Part shown: one piece after another, positions 51,754 through 62,236 of the stretch
Position numbering within the stretch: the first letter of the stretch is position 1
Layout: each line of letters begins with the position of its first letter
Assembly: GCA_043228905.1 (NCBI GenBank)
Contig: JBHGNT010000003.1
Location: forward strand, 13,020,001 to 13,084,000
Reading direction: 5' to 3'
DNA: 64,000 nt
DNA from: Azolla caroliniana
Lineage: Eukaryota > Plantae > Polypodiophyta
Notes under the pieces: model-generated
What the model saw: the letters and a program-made list of their open reading frames with translations, nothing else
What the model was told of the DNA's origin: nothing
Database searches by the model: none
Translations under genes and position numbers: made by a program

Positions 51754-52164
51754 TGATATGACAAAATTTGAACCCATGACCTTATGTTACATGAGTCGAA
51801 CCCTTGTCATTAGACTATACATTTTAATACAAAAGATATTATTTTCATTTATTATTTCACTATAGAAAATTGATGTATATTCCAGATTTCTCCGAACATT
51901 CTAGAAACTTCAGGAGTACTCCTGAAAACACTATATAAGGAGGCACAAGGCATTATCTTCAGGAGTACTCCTAAACCCACGGCGTTACGGGCTAACCACC
52001 TGAACTCATGTGGCACAGTTGAGCACGCTATAGACCTAGGTGTGACGTCCGCAGTCAGTATACCACCCACTTGCGGGTGACTGCCAACCACTTGCCGCGG
52101 ATCAATGTGTAGCACATTCCTACCTACCTTGGCAACTCACATGCCATGAGTTTTGTGGTTGTTT

Positions 52165-52249
52165 GGATGCTTCAAGCATTGCTAGTTAAGCTTCTAAAGC
52201 CATAACAGTATTGGGATGGGTGACCTCCGACGAAGTCCAGGTTACATCC
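52165..52249 (+). pseudogene. 5S rRNA-derived sequence (internally deleted), with Pol III type-1 boxes
   Basis: GGATGC 5' end, box A AGTTAAGC (52184-52191), box C region GGATGGGTGACCTCC (52214-52228), then GAAGTCC and a TTACATCC 3' end. Confidence 0.8.
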
Positions 52250-52317
52250 ATGATAGTAATAGTTTCGGGGGGGGCATCACTATCGAGAGTGGACATGCTC
52301 CGTATTCGAGTCGTGTA

Positions 52318-53223
52318 TGACGGGAACTCAAGGCTCCTTCTGTCCAACACTCGGCCTCGACCGAGCTTCTTTTCATATGCAGAAAACGGGAAACAAATGC
52401 ACGACACAGTGGAGAGGGAAAAATAATAGTACACAGGAGGTTTACGTGGAAAACCCCAAACTAGGGGAAAAAACCACGGTAGCCCACAAGCTGCAAACTG
52501 TCACTATGTGAGAATGTACAACAGTGAGTTCACTGAGGCAACGACCTCGTGCTCACAGATCTTCGCCACACGCGGCAGTTACAACAGAGGCAACGACCTC
52601 TTTCTCTCTCTCTCTCTGTACACTATTACGTGCTCTCTCTTCTTCTTGCACCAACAAAGAAAAATGACAACAACAACAGTTACTAAAAGTTTGCCCTAAG
52701 TCATATTTATACTAATATGACTTTTCGGCTATTTACAAATGTAGCCTCGATGGGCTCTCAGAAACATATTTACGAATATGTCTCTTCATCCGGTTCTCAT
52801 TGGGTCTGTACCATCCGGCTCTCCGTAGCCGGGTACTCCTCATCCGGTTCATACCGGGCCTGCACCATCCGGCTCTCCGTAGTCGGGTACTCCTCATCCG
52901 GTTCATACCGGGCCTACACCATCGGGCTCTCCGTAGCCGGGTACTCCTCATCCGGTTCATACCGGGTCTGCACCATCCGGCTCTCCGTAGCCGGGTACTC
53001 CTCATCCGGTTCATACCGGGTCTGCACCATCCGGCTCTCCGTAGCCGGGTACTCCTCATCCGGTTTATACCGGGTCTGCACCATCCGGCTCTCCGTAGCC
53101 GGGTACTCCTCATCCGGTTCATACCGGGTCTGCACCATCCGGCTCTCCGTAGCCGGGTCCTCCTCATACGGTCATCGGCATTGTTCTTCTTCCTTCCCAT
53201 CCGGAGGGACTTGTTTCCGAACA
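52318..53223 (-). mobile_element. Solo LTR 'H2' with internal tandem array
   Basis: TGAC...AACA termini and a perfect TSD GTGTA (52313-52317 / 53224-53228). Same family as H1. Confidence 0.93.
52784..53168. repeat. 54-bp tandem repeat, about 7 near-identical copies
   Basis: Unit TGCACCATCCGGCTCTCCGTAGCCGGGTACTCCTCATCCGGTTCATACCGGGTC. The ORF track shows 18-aa periodicity. Confidence 0.95.
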
Positions 53224-54099
53224 GTGTACTGACCCACACTCCTTGTTGCTCGTAAGGCACTTATGCTAAAAAGAACCCTAATCGGTTCAATGTCAGTCTT
53301 AAGCCTACTAGCTACTAATGTATATTCTCTTCACATAATGTATATCGAGAGAGAGAGAGAGAGTTCTACACCTCTCTTAGTACTAATCCTCATCTTTTAG
53401 TACTAATTACTTCTCTGTCTTAGTACTATTCCTAACAAGGGCCTTCTTCAAACTTCCGATTTTCTTCGGGTCATGTCCGACAATTAGCATGTCGTCAACA
53501 TACAACAGAAGGATGAGAAAGTTTCCTCCATCATATTTCTTTACAAAGACACAATGATTGGCTTGTGCCTTGTCGAAACCGTGATCCGCCATGAAGGATT
53601 CTAATTTTCGGTACCATTGCCGAGGTGCTTGCTTCAGCCCATATAAGCTCTTCATCAATCAGCATACTAGGTTTTCTTTACCTTTCTCCACGAATCCTTT
53701 CTTACATGGCACTCAACCACTCTCGGTTGTGGGTGTCTGTCTCTGCTTCCTCGAAACTTTCCGGCTCCCCCTCATCACTTAGTAGCACATACTCTTTCTT
53801 TCGAAAATCTATGGAGGGCGGGGGGCTTCTCTCTCTCCGAGGATATCTTCGGCCTCCATTTGCCACAGTCGGTTGCTCTTCAACTTCTTCGGCCGAGTTG
53901 GATTTGGTTCCTTGTTCGGCTGGTTCCCCTTGTTCCTCAGACAATTCTTGATTTTTCCAAGTATTTAATCGACCGACTAGTTCAGATTCGATTTCGATTG
54001 AATCAACTTCTGTTTGATTCGGTTGTGCATCGACTCGGCTCGAATCAGTAGCTGGGGTTTTATTTTCCATCTCCCAATCCGCTATTATCTTCTCTTCTA

Positions 54100-54315
54100 T
54101 GGGCACGGTTTCAGCTCAAACCAAATTGAACCGTTAAACCGTGGCTTAGCGGTTTATCGGTTCAAAATTAAACAATGAGTTTAGTTTGGTTTAAAGAATG
54201 TAAGCTCAGTTTGGTTTCAGTTCAGTTCGGTTTAGCATTTGCCGGTTTATTAGTTTTATCAATTTAACGGTTTCTATTAATTTGATTCGGTTTATAGGTT
54301 CTTATCCTACCCCTA
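54100..54315. mobile_element. hAT-type terminal/subterminal region (AACCG/CGGTT cluster)
   Basis: Begins TGGGCACGGTTT, contains many AACCG/CGGTT motifs in both orientations, and ends ACCCCTA. It abuts the truncation point of Copia B. Confidence 0.65.
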
Positions 54316-54601
54316 AATTTTCAATTTTATACCCTTCCTATTTTTGATCTGGCCATTGGACATTGGGTAGTAGTAAGTACAATGGGTAACTGGTACTAAG
54401 TAGGTTGTATCTATAGACTACTATCGACTGGAACTGTGCAGGCTGAGGCGGCAACGACAAGTCACCACTTCATCGCTCTTTTGACTCAAGAGTGTAGACT
54501 TCTAAGTTCTAATCGTATTCTTTTCTCCACTCCTCCATTATCCATACTGTAGTCCTCTTATTGTTGCTATTGCGGCCTATAACACATGTATGATTCATGA
54601 A

Positions 54602-55029
54602 TCAAACATAACTTTTGCTTGCATCCAAGAAGAAGATTGCTTCATCCTTACCAATTTGTAATGCATCCTTCTATGACTATAAGTCTATAACAAACTTGGA
54701 GGCATAAAATGGTCCCCTCTTTTGTATCTCTTTTCGAGTCAAGAGGCAAATAGATCAATCGGCCCATTTAGGAGAAAAAACGTGACTCTTTTCTGAGAGT
54801 GGGGCAAATCCTTGTTTTCCCCTTTAAGTTCATCCTTTTGGTTGTTCTGAAATCGAGCATAATCTGCCTCCCTAAGGATGTCTCTAGACTCTATACAAAG
54901 GTTGCAATCTTGAGCATGCAATAACTACTGATTTTCCATGGATTATGTGATCCACCAAAGCATCACATAACGCCTCTAGCCATGGTATTCTGTCATCATT
55001 GGTCAAGGGAATGCCTCTCCTCATCTTCT
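54602..55029 (-). pseudogene. GntK: Gluconokinase last-exon fragment
   Basis: After the acceptor CAG it reads KMRRGIPLTNDDRIPWLEAL...KSVVIACSRL...DILR...VTFFLL...R..GDHFMPPSLL...DALQI...LDAS. These are hallmark GntK/IdnK motifs, with stops and small insertions. Confidence 0.85.
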
Positions 55030-55664
55030 CTGTTGGAAGATATATTGATTTACCAATCATTTGGTCATATGCATCAAGTTTAATTCGATTACGAAATTGA
55101 ATTGAATCACAATACGCTAGATCATAGAAACATAACCCAAAATGTGCATATCAATTACAAATCATTTGATGTGATACTTGACTTCAGAGAAAGAAAGAGA
55201 GATTACATTAAAATCTCTAAACGATTCCTACAAGAAATCCAAAAAGGTTGCATCACGATTTCATATTGAAACAGTTTGCGCAGACAAGCTATACCCAACA
55301 TCTTGACAGTGATCAATATGGTGGGTGGCCATGGAGATGATAAACCCTAAACCCTATTTATCATGGCCTTGATGAGATCTAGGAATCGATCTTCAGGTGT
55401 AAGCATCTATCGTGCACAACGTAAAGCTATGTAAAACAAAGCCTAACCAATCTAGAAAATAAACAATCAAACGTGATAAATTAGATCAATATTTATGAGC
55501 TATGTAAACATTGTCTAGGAAGCAGATATTCATATTCACAAATACAAACAACAGACTGATTGATACCTTGTAAACAGATCCAAAACCTCCTTCACCCAGT
55601 TTGTTGTTCAAATGGAAGTTGTCTGTAGCAATCCTCAATTCATTATAACTGAACATGTAAGGTT

Positions 55665-58600
55665 TGTAAGTTTCTCAGAAAAAATGCTTCTATGTATAAA
55701 AACGCCCTACAGAATCATTCTTATTGATGGTAAATATATATAGGTACAATGTGGGGAAAACAGTTACATATGAACCTTCACGGTTCTTGAAGACAGTTAC
55801 ATGTGAACCTTCATGGTTCTTTATTCATGGTAAGTATTTTCTAATTTCCTAATATATTTATATTGCTTACATTAAAAATGTTCCAACACCCCCCTTAAGG
55901 TAAGCAATTTATTTCTTCTTAGGGTTTAGTAAACTAAGGCCAATTTTAGAACAACATAACCAATGCTTTTGGCCATATGGTGGTTGTTGAAGTATACTGT
56001 AAAATCATTTCTTTTGCTGCTACCAATTCTCTTATAAAGTGATGTCGAGCTCTAATGTGTTTGTTTTGATCTGTGATCTTTGGGTTTTCAGCTAACTTTA
56101 TACACGACTGATTGTCGCAATAGATCTTCATTTCTGAGAGTTTGAAAATGTCAAGCTCTTCAATAATTGTCTTAATCCAGATTCCTTCTTTGGCTGTGAC
56201 AGCTGCTGCTACATACTCTGCTTCAGTACTCGACAACGCCACCGAAATTTGTTTTTTACTTTGCCATGCTATAGCACCTCCAGCAAATGTGAAGAGCATG
56301 CCAGAGGTTGATCGAGAGGTGTCAATATCCCCTCCCCAATCAGAATCCGTCCAACCTTGTAGGGGAGCATGAAGCCATCCGTTGAGTTGGTACGAATTCT
56401 GGAATTGAAAGCTACGGTAGGTAAGTACCATGTCTTTGGTATGTTGTAGGTAGCGGAGAACCCGCTTTAGAGCTTGCCAATGTGCTATTCCAGGATTTTG
56501 CATAAACCTAGATAGAAAACCAGCACAAAAAGATCAATTTGGTCGTGTACAACTTACCAAATATCTGACACTTCCTAAAATTTGGCGATATGGAAGCGAT
56601 GCCATGATTTTCTCGTCCATTATAATTTGTGAACTATCATTAGAAGATAGTTTGCATGGTACTGTCATTGGTGTTTGAATAGGTTTGCAATCAGCCATGT
56701 CAAATTTCTTTAATGTATCTTCCAACAACTTCTTTTGTGAAAGAGTGAGAGTACCTTCCATTCGATTTCGAGTTACTTTGATACCAAGGCAAAACTCCAT
56801 TGGTCCTAAGTCTTTGACTGGAAACTTCATTTTTAGTTGGGAGATGGTCTTCCTCATAGCAGTAATTGAATTTGAGGCAATAGGGAGGTCATCAACATAT
56901 ACACCAAGAAGTATAAAAATTTTACCTTCCTTTCGGATGTATAAATTTGGTTCTGCCTGAAGACGTTTGAATCCAATAGATTCAAGATAAGTATGTAGCT
57001 TCAAATGCCACATTCTAGGTGATTGTTTGAGACCGTATAAGGATTTCTTGAGTTTGCACACATGATGAGGATTCTTTGAATCTACAAAGAATGGAGGTTG
57101 CTCCATATAAATTTCCTCATCCAAGTCACCATGAAGGAAGGCCGTTTCTACATCAAGATGGTGTAGTTCTAGGTTTAAACCAGCACTTATAGCAAACATA
57201 AACCTTAGCGGAACTGCTTTAAGAGTTGGGGCAAAAGTGTCTGTAAAGTCAAGGCCTGGAACTTGTGAAAAACCTCGAGCAACAAGTCGTGCCTTGTGTC
57301 GAAGTAGAGCTCCTTCTGAATCAAACTTCTTGGTCAAAACCCATTTGTTTGAGATGATATTTCGGTTTTCTGGAGGTGTAACAAGTTCCCAATTATCATT
57401 CTTTAGTAAAGCATCAATCTCAAGTTGCATTGCTTCTTTCCACTTGACACTATCCGGTCCATGAATGGCTTCTTCTACACTAGGGGAAAAATCATCATTA
57501 TCAAGAATTTCGAAATCATCTTGTGCAAAATCCACTTCAGGAGAAAGATCAGCCATTAGTGCTTCTAATGGTTCAGTGATCTCCATAATTTCTTTCAAGC
57601 TTCTAAACTTAGATCTCCTTGTGGGAAGACGAGGGTAAGCATCTTCATCATCAAGCGAATCTAGATCAAGATTTGGCTCCAGATGGGAGGAAACTGAGGA
57701 AATATCTTTAGGGGATGTAAAATCTGTTTTAAAATGGAACCCTAAACTTGAATCAGAGGGAGAATGCCAAGATTTTCCTGAGTCTTCAAGATTTGTTGTA
57801 GAATCAACTGTTTCATAAGTTGAGTGTATTGGTTCACTATCATTTCTGATTATTGTGTCCTTATTGTTTACAGCTAAGAAGGGTGTCGATGCAGAAGCAC
57901 GATCCATCGCTGGAGTTGTAGTGGCAAATACAGGACCTGTTGTTGTTGTTGTTTGTCCTATTGGAAGCACCTTTGGAACTGTTGATGTTATCGTAGGAAT
58001 TTTTGTTGTTGCCACCGGAACTATCGTTGTTGCTGTTGAAACTGCTGGTTGTTGCCACTCTACTAATGTCATTTCAAGGTTTGTGTTCTCCTCCATTCTC
58101 AGCGGTTCTTCAATATGTCTTCTTTCTTTTCTCAAATCATTTCCATTATGCAATTGATTCTGCATGTCTTGCATTTCCATTTTTTCATGTGACTGTTCAC
58201 TGTTGTAGAATAGAGCATCTTCATCAAATGTCACAGACCTACTAAAAATAAACTTTTGATTGCTAGGATCAAATAGTTTGTATCCTTTCACACCTGCAGC
58301 CTCACCATATCCAACCATGATACATTTCTTCGCATGTGGATCCAACTTCTTCCTTTTCTCTTGTGGTATGTGACTATATGCAATTGAACCGAACACTCTT
58401 AAATTTGAAAAATCTGGTTTATGTCCAAACCAAACCATGTATGGCGTGTGCAGACCTAGCACTTTGTGTGGAGATTTGTTTTGTAAATAGCATGATGTCG
58501 CTACTGCCTCTTGCCAAAACCGGTGTTCAAGTCCTGCCACTTGCAACATGCTTCTACTTGCATCTAATAGTGTTCTATTCTTTCTTTCTGCCACTCCGTT

Positions 58601-60809
58601 CTGTTGTGGGTTGTGTGGTACATTGAGCTCATGTCTAATGCCATGTACATTGCAGAAATTCTGCCATTCATTTGAGACATATTCTCCACCATTATCTGAC
58701 CTAACGCTGTTGATTTTACTTTGACATTGATTTTCAGCCATGGATTTATAATAGGTAAAGGCTTGGAAGGCTTCAGACTTTTTCTTTAAAAAATAAAGCA
58801 TGGTAAATCTACTAAAGTCATCGATGAATGAAATGAAATAGTGATTACCAGAAATTGATTTCTTTTGGAATGGACCACACAAGTCCGAATGTACTAACTG
58901 CAACTTTCTTTCAGATCTGCGTTTGCTGAGGGGAAACTTTTGTCTCGTTTGTTTCCCATAAATACATCCTTCACAAAGTGAAAGGTATGTAAATGGTTGT
59001 GTTGGCATACCCTCTCCAAGGTTATGAATTTGGCATGTCTTCATGACTCTTGGATGTAGATGTCAGAGCTGATAATGCCATAATAAAGTATGATCAACTT
59101 GAGAGTTTCTTGAGGCATTGTGTGCTTCGATTGGTGTTTTGTCCATAGCTTGAAGGGGGTAAAGTCTTCCATGTTTGGGAGACACTATCTTTACGAATTT
59201 TCCTGATGGTAAAGTATATTTGATAATTGCACAGTAGTGATGAAATTCAATTATTGCACCATTTGTTGTGGCTTCACTTACAGACAACAAGTTCTTCGCC
59301 AGGCCAGGAACATAGTATACATTGGATATACTAATTGTTTGCTCATTGTCAATTGACAGATGAACTGTTCCCTTTCCTAAAGCCAACTTGATTGCATTGT
59401 CACCAAATCGAACTTCCAGAGGTGTAGCAAGTTGGATGTAATCATGAAGAAGGTTTCTACTATGGGTAAGATGATGGGTTGCACCTGTATCAAACAACCA
59501 TAAATTTTCCACATTGAAGTTCTGATTTATTGCCACAAATGCTTGGATAAAAGGGTCATTATCTTCTTGTTGGTTTTGTACTGAGGTTGTGTGAACATGT
59601 GCTGAGTTTCTTTTATTCTTATTCCTATGATCATATTGCTTCTTTCTGCAGTCTCTTTCCATGTGACCCACCTTACCACAATATCGACAAATAATTTGAG
59701 AGGAAATACTAAGGGCACCTGATTTTTTATTCTGGAATGATTTTTGATTGTGGAACTTGTTTCCATCATGTACACTTGGTATGTTCTTTGTGTACTTATT
59801 ATTGTTTTGAAATTTGTTTCTATTAAAGTTACCTCTCTGATTCTTCATCGTAGCAATCATTGCCATGTGTGGATTGTCTAAGACATTTTGAGGCTTTCTC
59901 CTTCGAAGATCTTCCTGCTTCATCTTTGAGATCAGATTTTGTAGCGAAAGTGTTGGATCAGCCCCATTGATCACTATAAATGGGCCCCATGAAGTTGGTA
60001 GGGCTCCAAACATGATGTCTACCTTCATTTCTTCATCAATCTTGTTGCCCGCTGAAATTGTTGTATCATATGCAGATTGATATTTGCTGATGAAGGTGTC
60101 AAGTGAGTCATCCTCTTTCATTTCCAAAGTTACAAGGTAACGAAATGAAAGGACTTTTGTCGTTCGATCTGATGGTTCGTGGTGTTCTTTAAGAAGATCC
60201 CACATTTCTTTAGATGAAAGGTGTTTGACAAGATCCACTTGTCTATCTGTTAGATGCATGATGATTTCAGTACTTGCATCCAGATCTTTCATCTTCCATT
60301 CTGTTGTTTCAGGTTCTGTGGTTGGTTGTTTGATCTCACCTTTGATTATTTTAAGTAGATCCATTCGTTGTAGGATGAGTTCCATCTTTAATTTCCACAT
60401 CCTGTAGTTGTTTTCGCTTAATTTTTCGATTAAATACTTTCTTGTGGTAGGTGTTGTTGATGTTGCTATTAAGGCCGTTGATGTTCCTTCACTCGAAGCC
60501 ATTTCTGCAGACCTTCCGGATCGACCTGTAGAGAATGCTTAGAGAAAAAATGAATATCTAGGATTGTTTTCGCTCTGATACCATGTAAGTTTCTCAGAAA
60601 AAATGCTTCTATGTATAAAAACGCCCTACAGAATCATTCTTATTGATGGTAAATATATATAGACCTACAATGTGGGGAAAACAGTTACATATGAACCTTC
60701 ACGGTTCTTGAAGACAGTTGCATGTGAACCTTCATGGTTCTTTATTCATGGTAAGTATTTTCTAATTTCCTAATATATTTATATTGCTTACATTAAAAAT
60801 GTTCCAACA
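55665..60809 (-). mobile_element. Ty1/Copia element 'J', near intact
   Basis: LTRs 55665-55888 and 60584-60809 are almost identical. PBS TGGTATCAGAGC 60572-60583, PPT 55889-55894, TSD AGGTT. Confidence 0.97.
55946..60502 (-). pseudogene. pol: Single-frame gag-pol of Copia J with two premature stops
   Basis: ORFs 59063-60502, 56534-59044 and 55946-56503 are in the same frame. Motifs CRYCGKVGHMERDC, WLFDTGATHH, VHSDLCGP, VYVDDL and WTDSDWGGD. Confidence 0.95.
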
Positions 60810-61448
60810 AGGTTTTGATTTCATTTCCCGGATCCCTACTGAAGCTATTAATCAGATTTATATGAAACAGAAATCAAGCCCACTTACAAGCTGATAAGCT
60901 CATGACTGAAATAAAATGAGAAATCAAACATCCCAATTTGTCACCTAGTGGGGCTTGACGGCTTGACTTGCAACATTTTCTCAAGAGAATAAGAACAATA
61001 ATAGCAATCAAGAGTCCCACAAAAATTGAAATCACAATTGCAATGATTCTTGAAGTACTCAAGTGTTTCTTGCTATCAACATAAAAATCTGGTTTAAAAT
61101 AAGCTATGAATTAGATCAAATGATATACATAACATTTTTCTTAGAGAAAAGTACTTTCATTTAAACACAAAAAATAGATTAATACCATGTAGGAAAATGC
61201 CAGGATAAACATGTATAACTGAAATCAAGGGTCCATATGTCCATTGGGTTGGTAAACAACATGAGCCTTTCCTAGACCATAAAAGATGAATGTCGAGAAC
61301 ATTGTTTTCAACATTAATCAAATAACTTTTTACCAATGCTTTGAATGAACCATTTGCTTCCTTATGAATGTCAAAATCTTCTAAGAGTTTGACACCCTGC
61401 AATTGTCATGCTTAAGATAAGCTAAGAGGGTCAACATGTATGTTGTAG

Positions 61449-61580
61449 AATCTCTAGTGGATGTCCATGGATGCCCATCCTATAATCAATAATACAAAAG
61501 CCATCATTAACTAGCAGAGTAGGAAACATATGAAAACCATCTACTAGGCATAATTTCAAGAGCATCTGCATTCTTGCCAC
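61449..61580 (-). pseudogene. Alkaline/neutral invertase (GH100) fragment
   Basis: [39 protein letters not shown] matches the conserved A/N-invertase block [39 protein letters not shown]. Confidence 0.88.
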
Positions 61581-62236
61581 CTGTTCAAGTTTGGTAGCAA
61601 TGTCCATACTGGTAATCAACTTGTAGGGAGCTTAGACATTGACATTTCATTGAGTTTTCTATTTTGATCTACCTAAATGTGATCATTGGAATTTGGGAAG
61701 ATGATCAAAGTATTTTTGGAGTAGGTTGTCAAAAGGCATGGTCATTAAAATTATAAGATGCCTACATTGTAAAGCAGGGATAACCAATCCATTTGATAAT
61801 TGTTGTTAAATGATTGAGAGATAGATATTCACATTAGTTTGGCATTACCAAGATGAGATGGATTATCAGAACATAAGATCGACAATAAGGGCATGTTCAT
61901 TTCTTGACATGTAACTTTTACACGAATAGTGTTTATACTTAATAATTTCATAAAAGTTGACTCCCATACCTTCTAATGTGCTAATTGAAGTGTTTACATA
62001 TCTTTCTTTCTCTGAAGTGTAACAATGTATCTTTGTATCTTAACATGTCTTTCTTTCTCTGAAGTGTTTATAACAATTTGAAATTATGGTCTTGTAGAAT
62101 GTTTGCCACTTGTCATAATGGTTGTTTTTTTGTTCTTAGCTAACTTAGCAAACTTTCTACTTCATTTATTTATCTCATTATCATGTATTTGAAATGTGCT
62201 AATTGAGCTAATTGAATTTTATAGGAACACCATAAA

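Larger units (their letters stand above)
51961..53272. other. Foreign insertion in the 3' LTR of F without TSD (~400 bp own sequence plus nested H2)
   Basis: The LTR breaks after CATTATCTTC and resumes at GAACCCTAATCGGTTCAA. The junction carries a 16-bp copy (51957-51972) of nearby LTR sequence 51908-51923. Confidence 0.8.
34359..53437 (+). mobile_element. Ty3/Gypsy chromovirus 'F' (Tcn1/Tf1-sushi-like), inserted in the RT of B
   Basis: 5' LTR 34359-34780. 3' LTR 51749-~51960 + ~53273-53437. PPT AAAGAGGGGATAG at 51736-51748, TSD AAGGC/AGGGC. gag with CLYCGGPGH...C knuckle, protease DSGANSYFMD, RT IIYLDD, integrase, chromodomain. Confidence 0.93.
7410..54100 (-). mobile_element. Ty1/Copia element 'B' (Tnt1/Tork-like), 5'-truncated; host of the whole nested stack
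   Basis: 3' LTR is 7410-7525 + 15179-15682, with PPT AACTCCCCCTTC immediately after. RNase H/RT pieces lie at 15683-15923, 33932-34358 and 53443-54100. They rejoin in frame when the inserts are removed (YCNNQSSNHLAKN; KKALSRSF; LLLYVDDML). Confidence 0.88.
55567..61396 (-). pseudogene. Three-exon fragment of a malectin-domain LRR receptor-like kinase (LRR-VIII-2-like)
   Basis: Exon 61201-61396 is the malectin C-half (IHLLWSRKGSCCLP...YGPLIS). Exon 60945-61088 is the TM helix. Exon 60810-60835 + 55567-55659 reads [33 protein letters not shown]|GT and is split by Copia J. Splice phases are compatible. Confidence 0.9.

Noticed and set aside
52165-52249. Functional 5S rRNA gene
   Set aside because: About 30 nt are missing, it has many substitutions, and there is no immediate oligo-T terminator or tandem array context.
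52717-53260. Repeat-protein ORFs in four frames, or a CRISPR-like array
   Set aside because: The unit length is a multiple of 3 and stop-poor, so open frames are automatic. The units are contiguous with no unique spacers and there are no cas genes.
55200-55420. Possible fourth captured gene fragment and an AAACCCTAAACCCT telomere-like motif (~55342-55355)
   Set aside because: No translation I can recognise in any frame. Two telomeric units are too short to call interstitial telomere and fit a telo-box or chance.
55567-61396. Intact receptor kinase gene with a TE in an intron
   Set aside because: The TE interrupts an exon, the upstream LRR/malectin exons and downstream kinase exons are absent, and unrelated gene fragments flank it.
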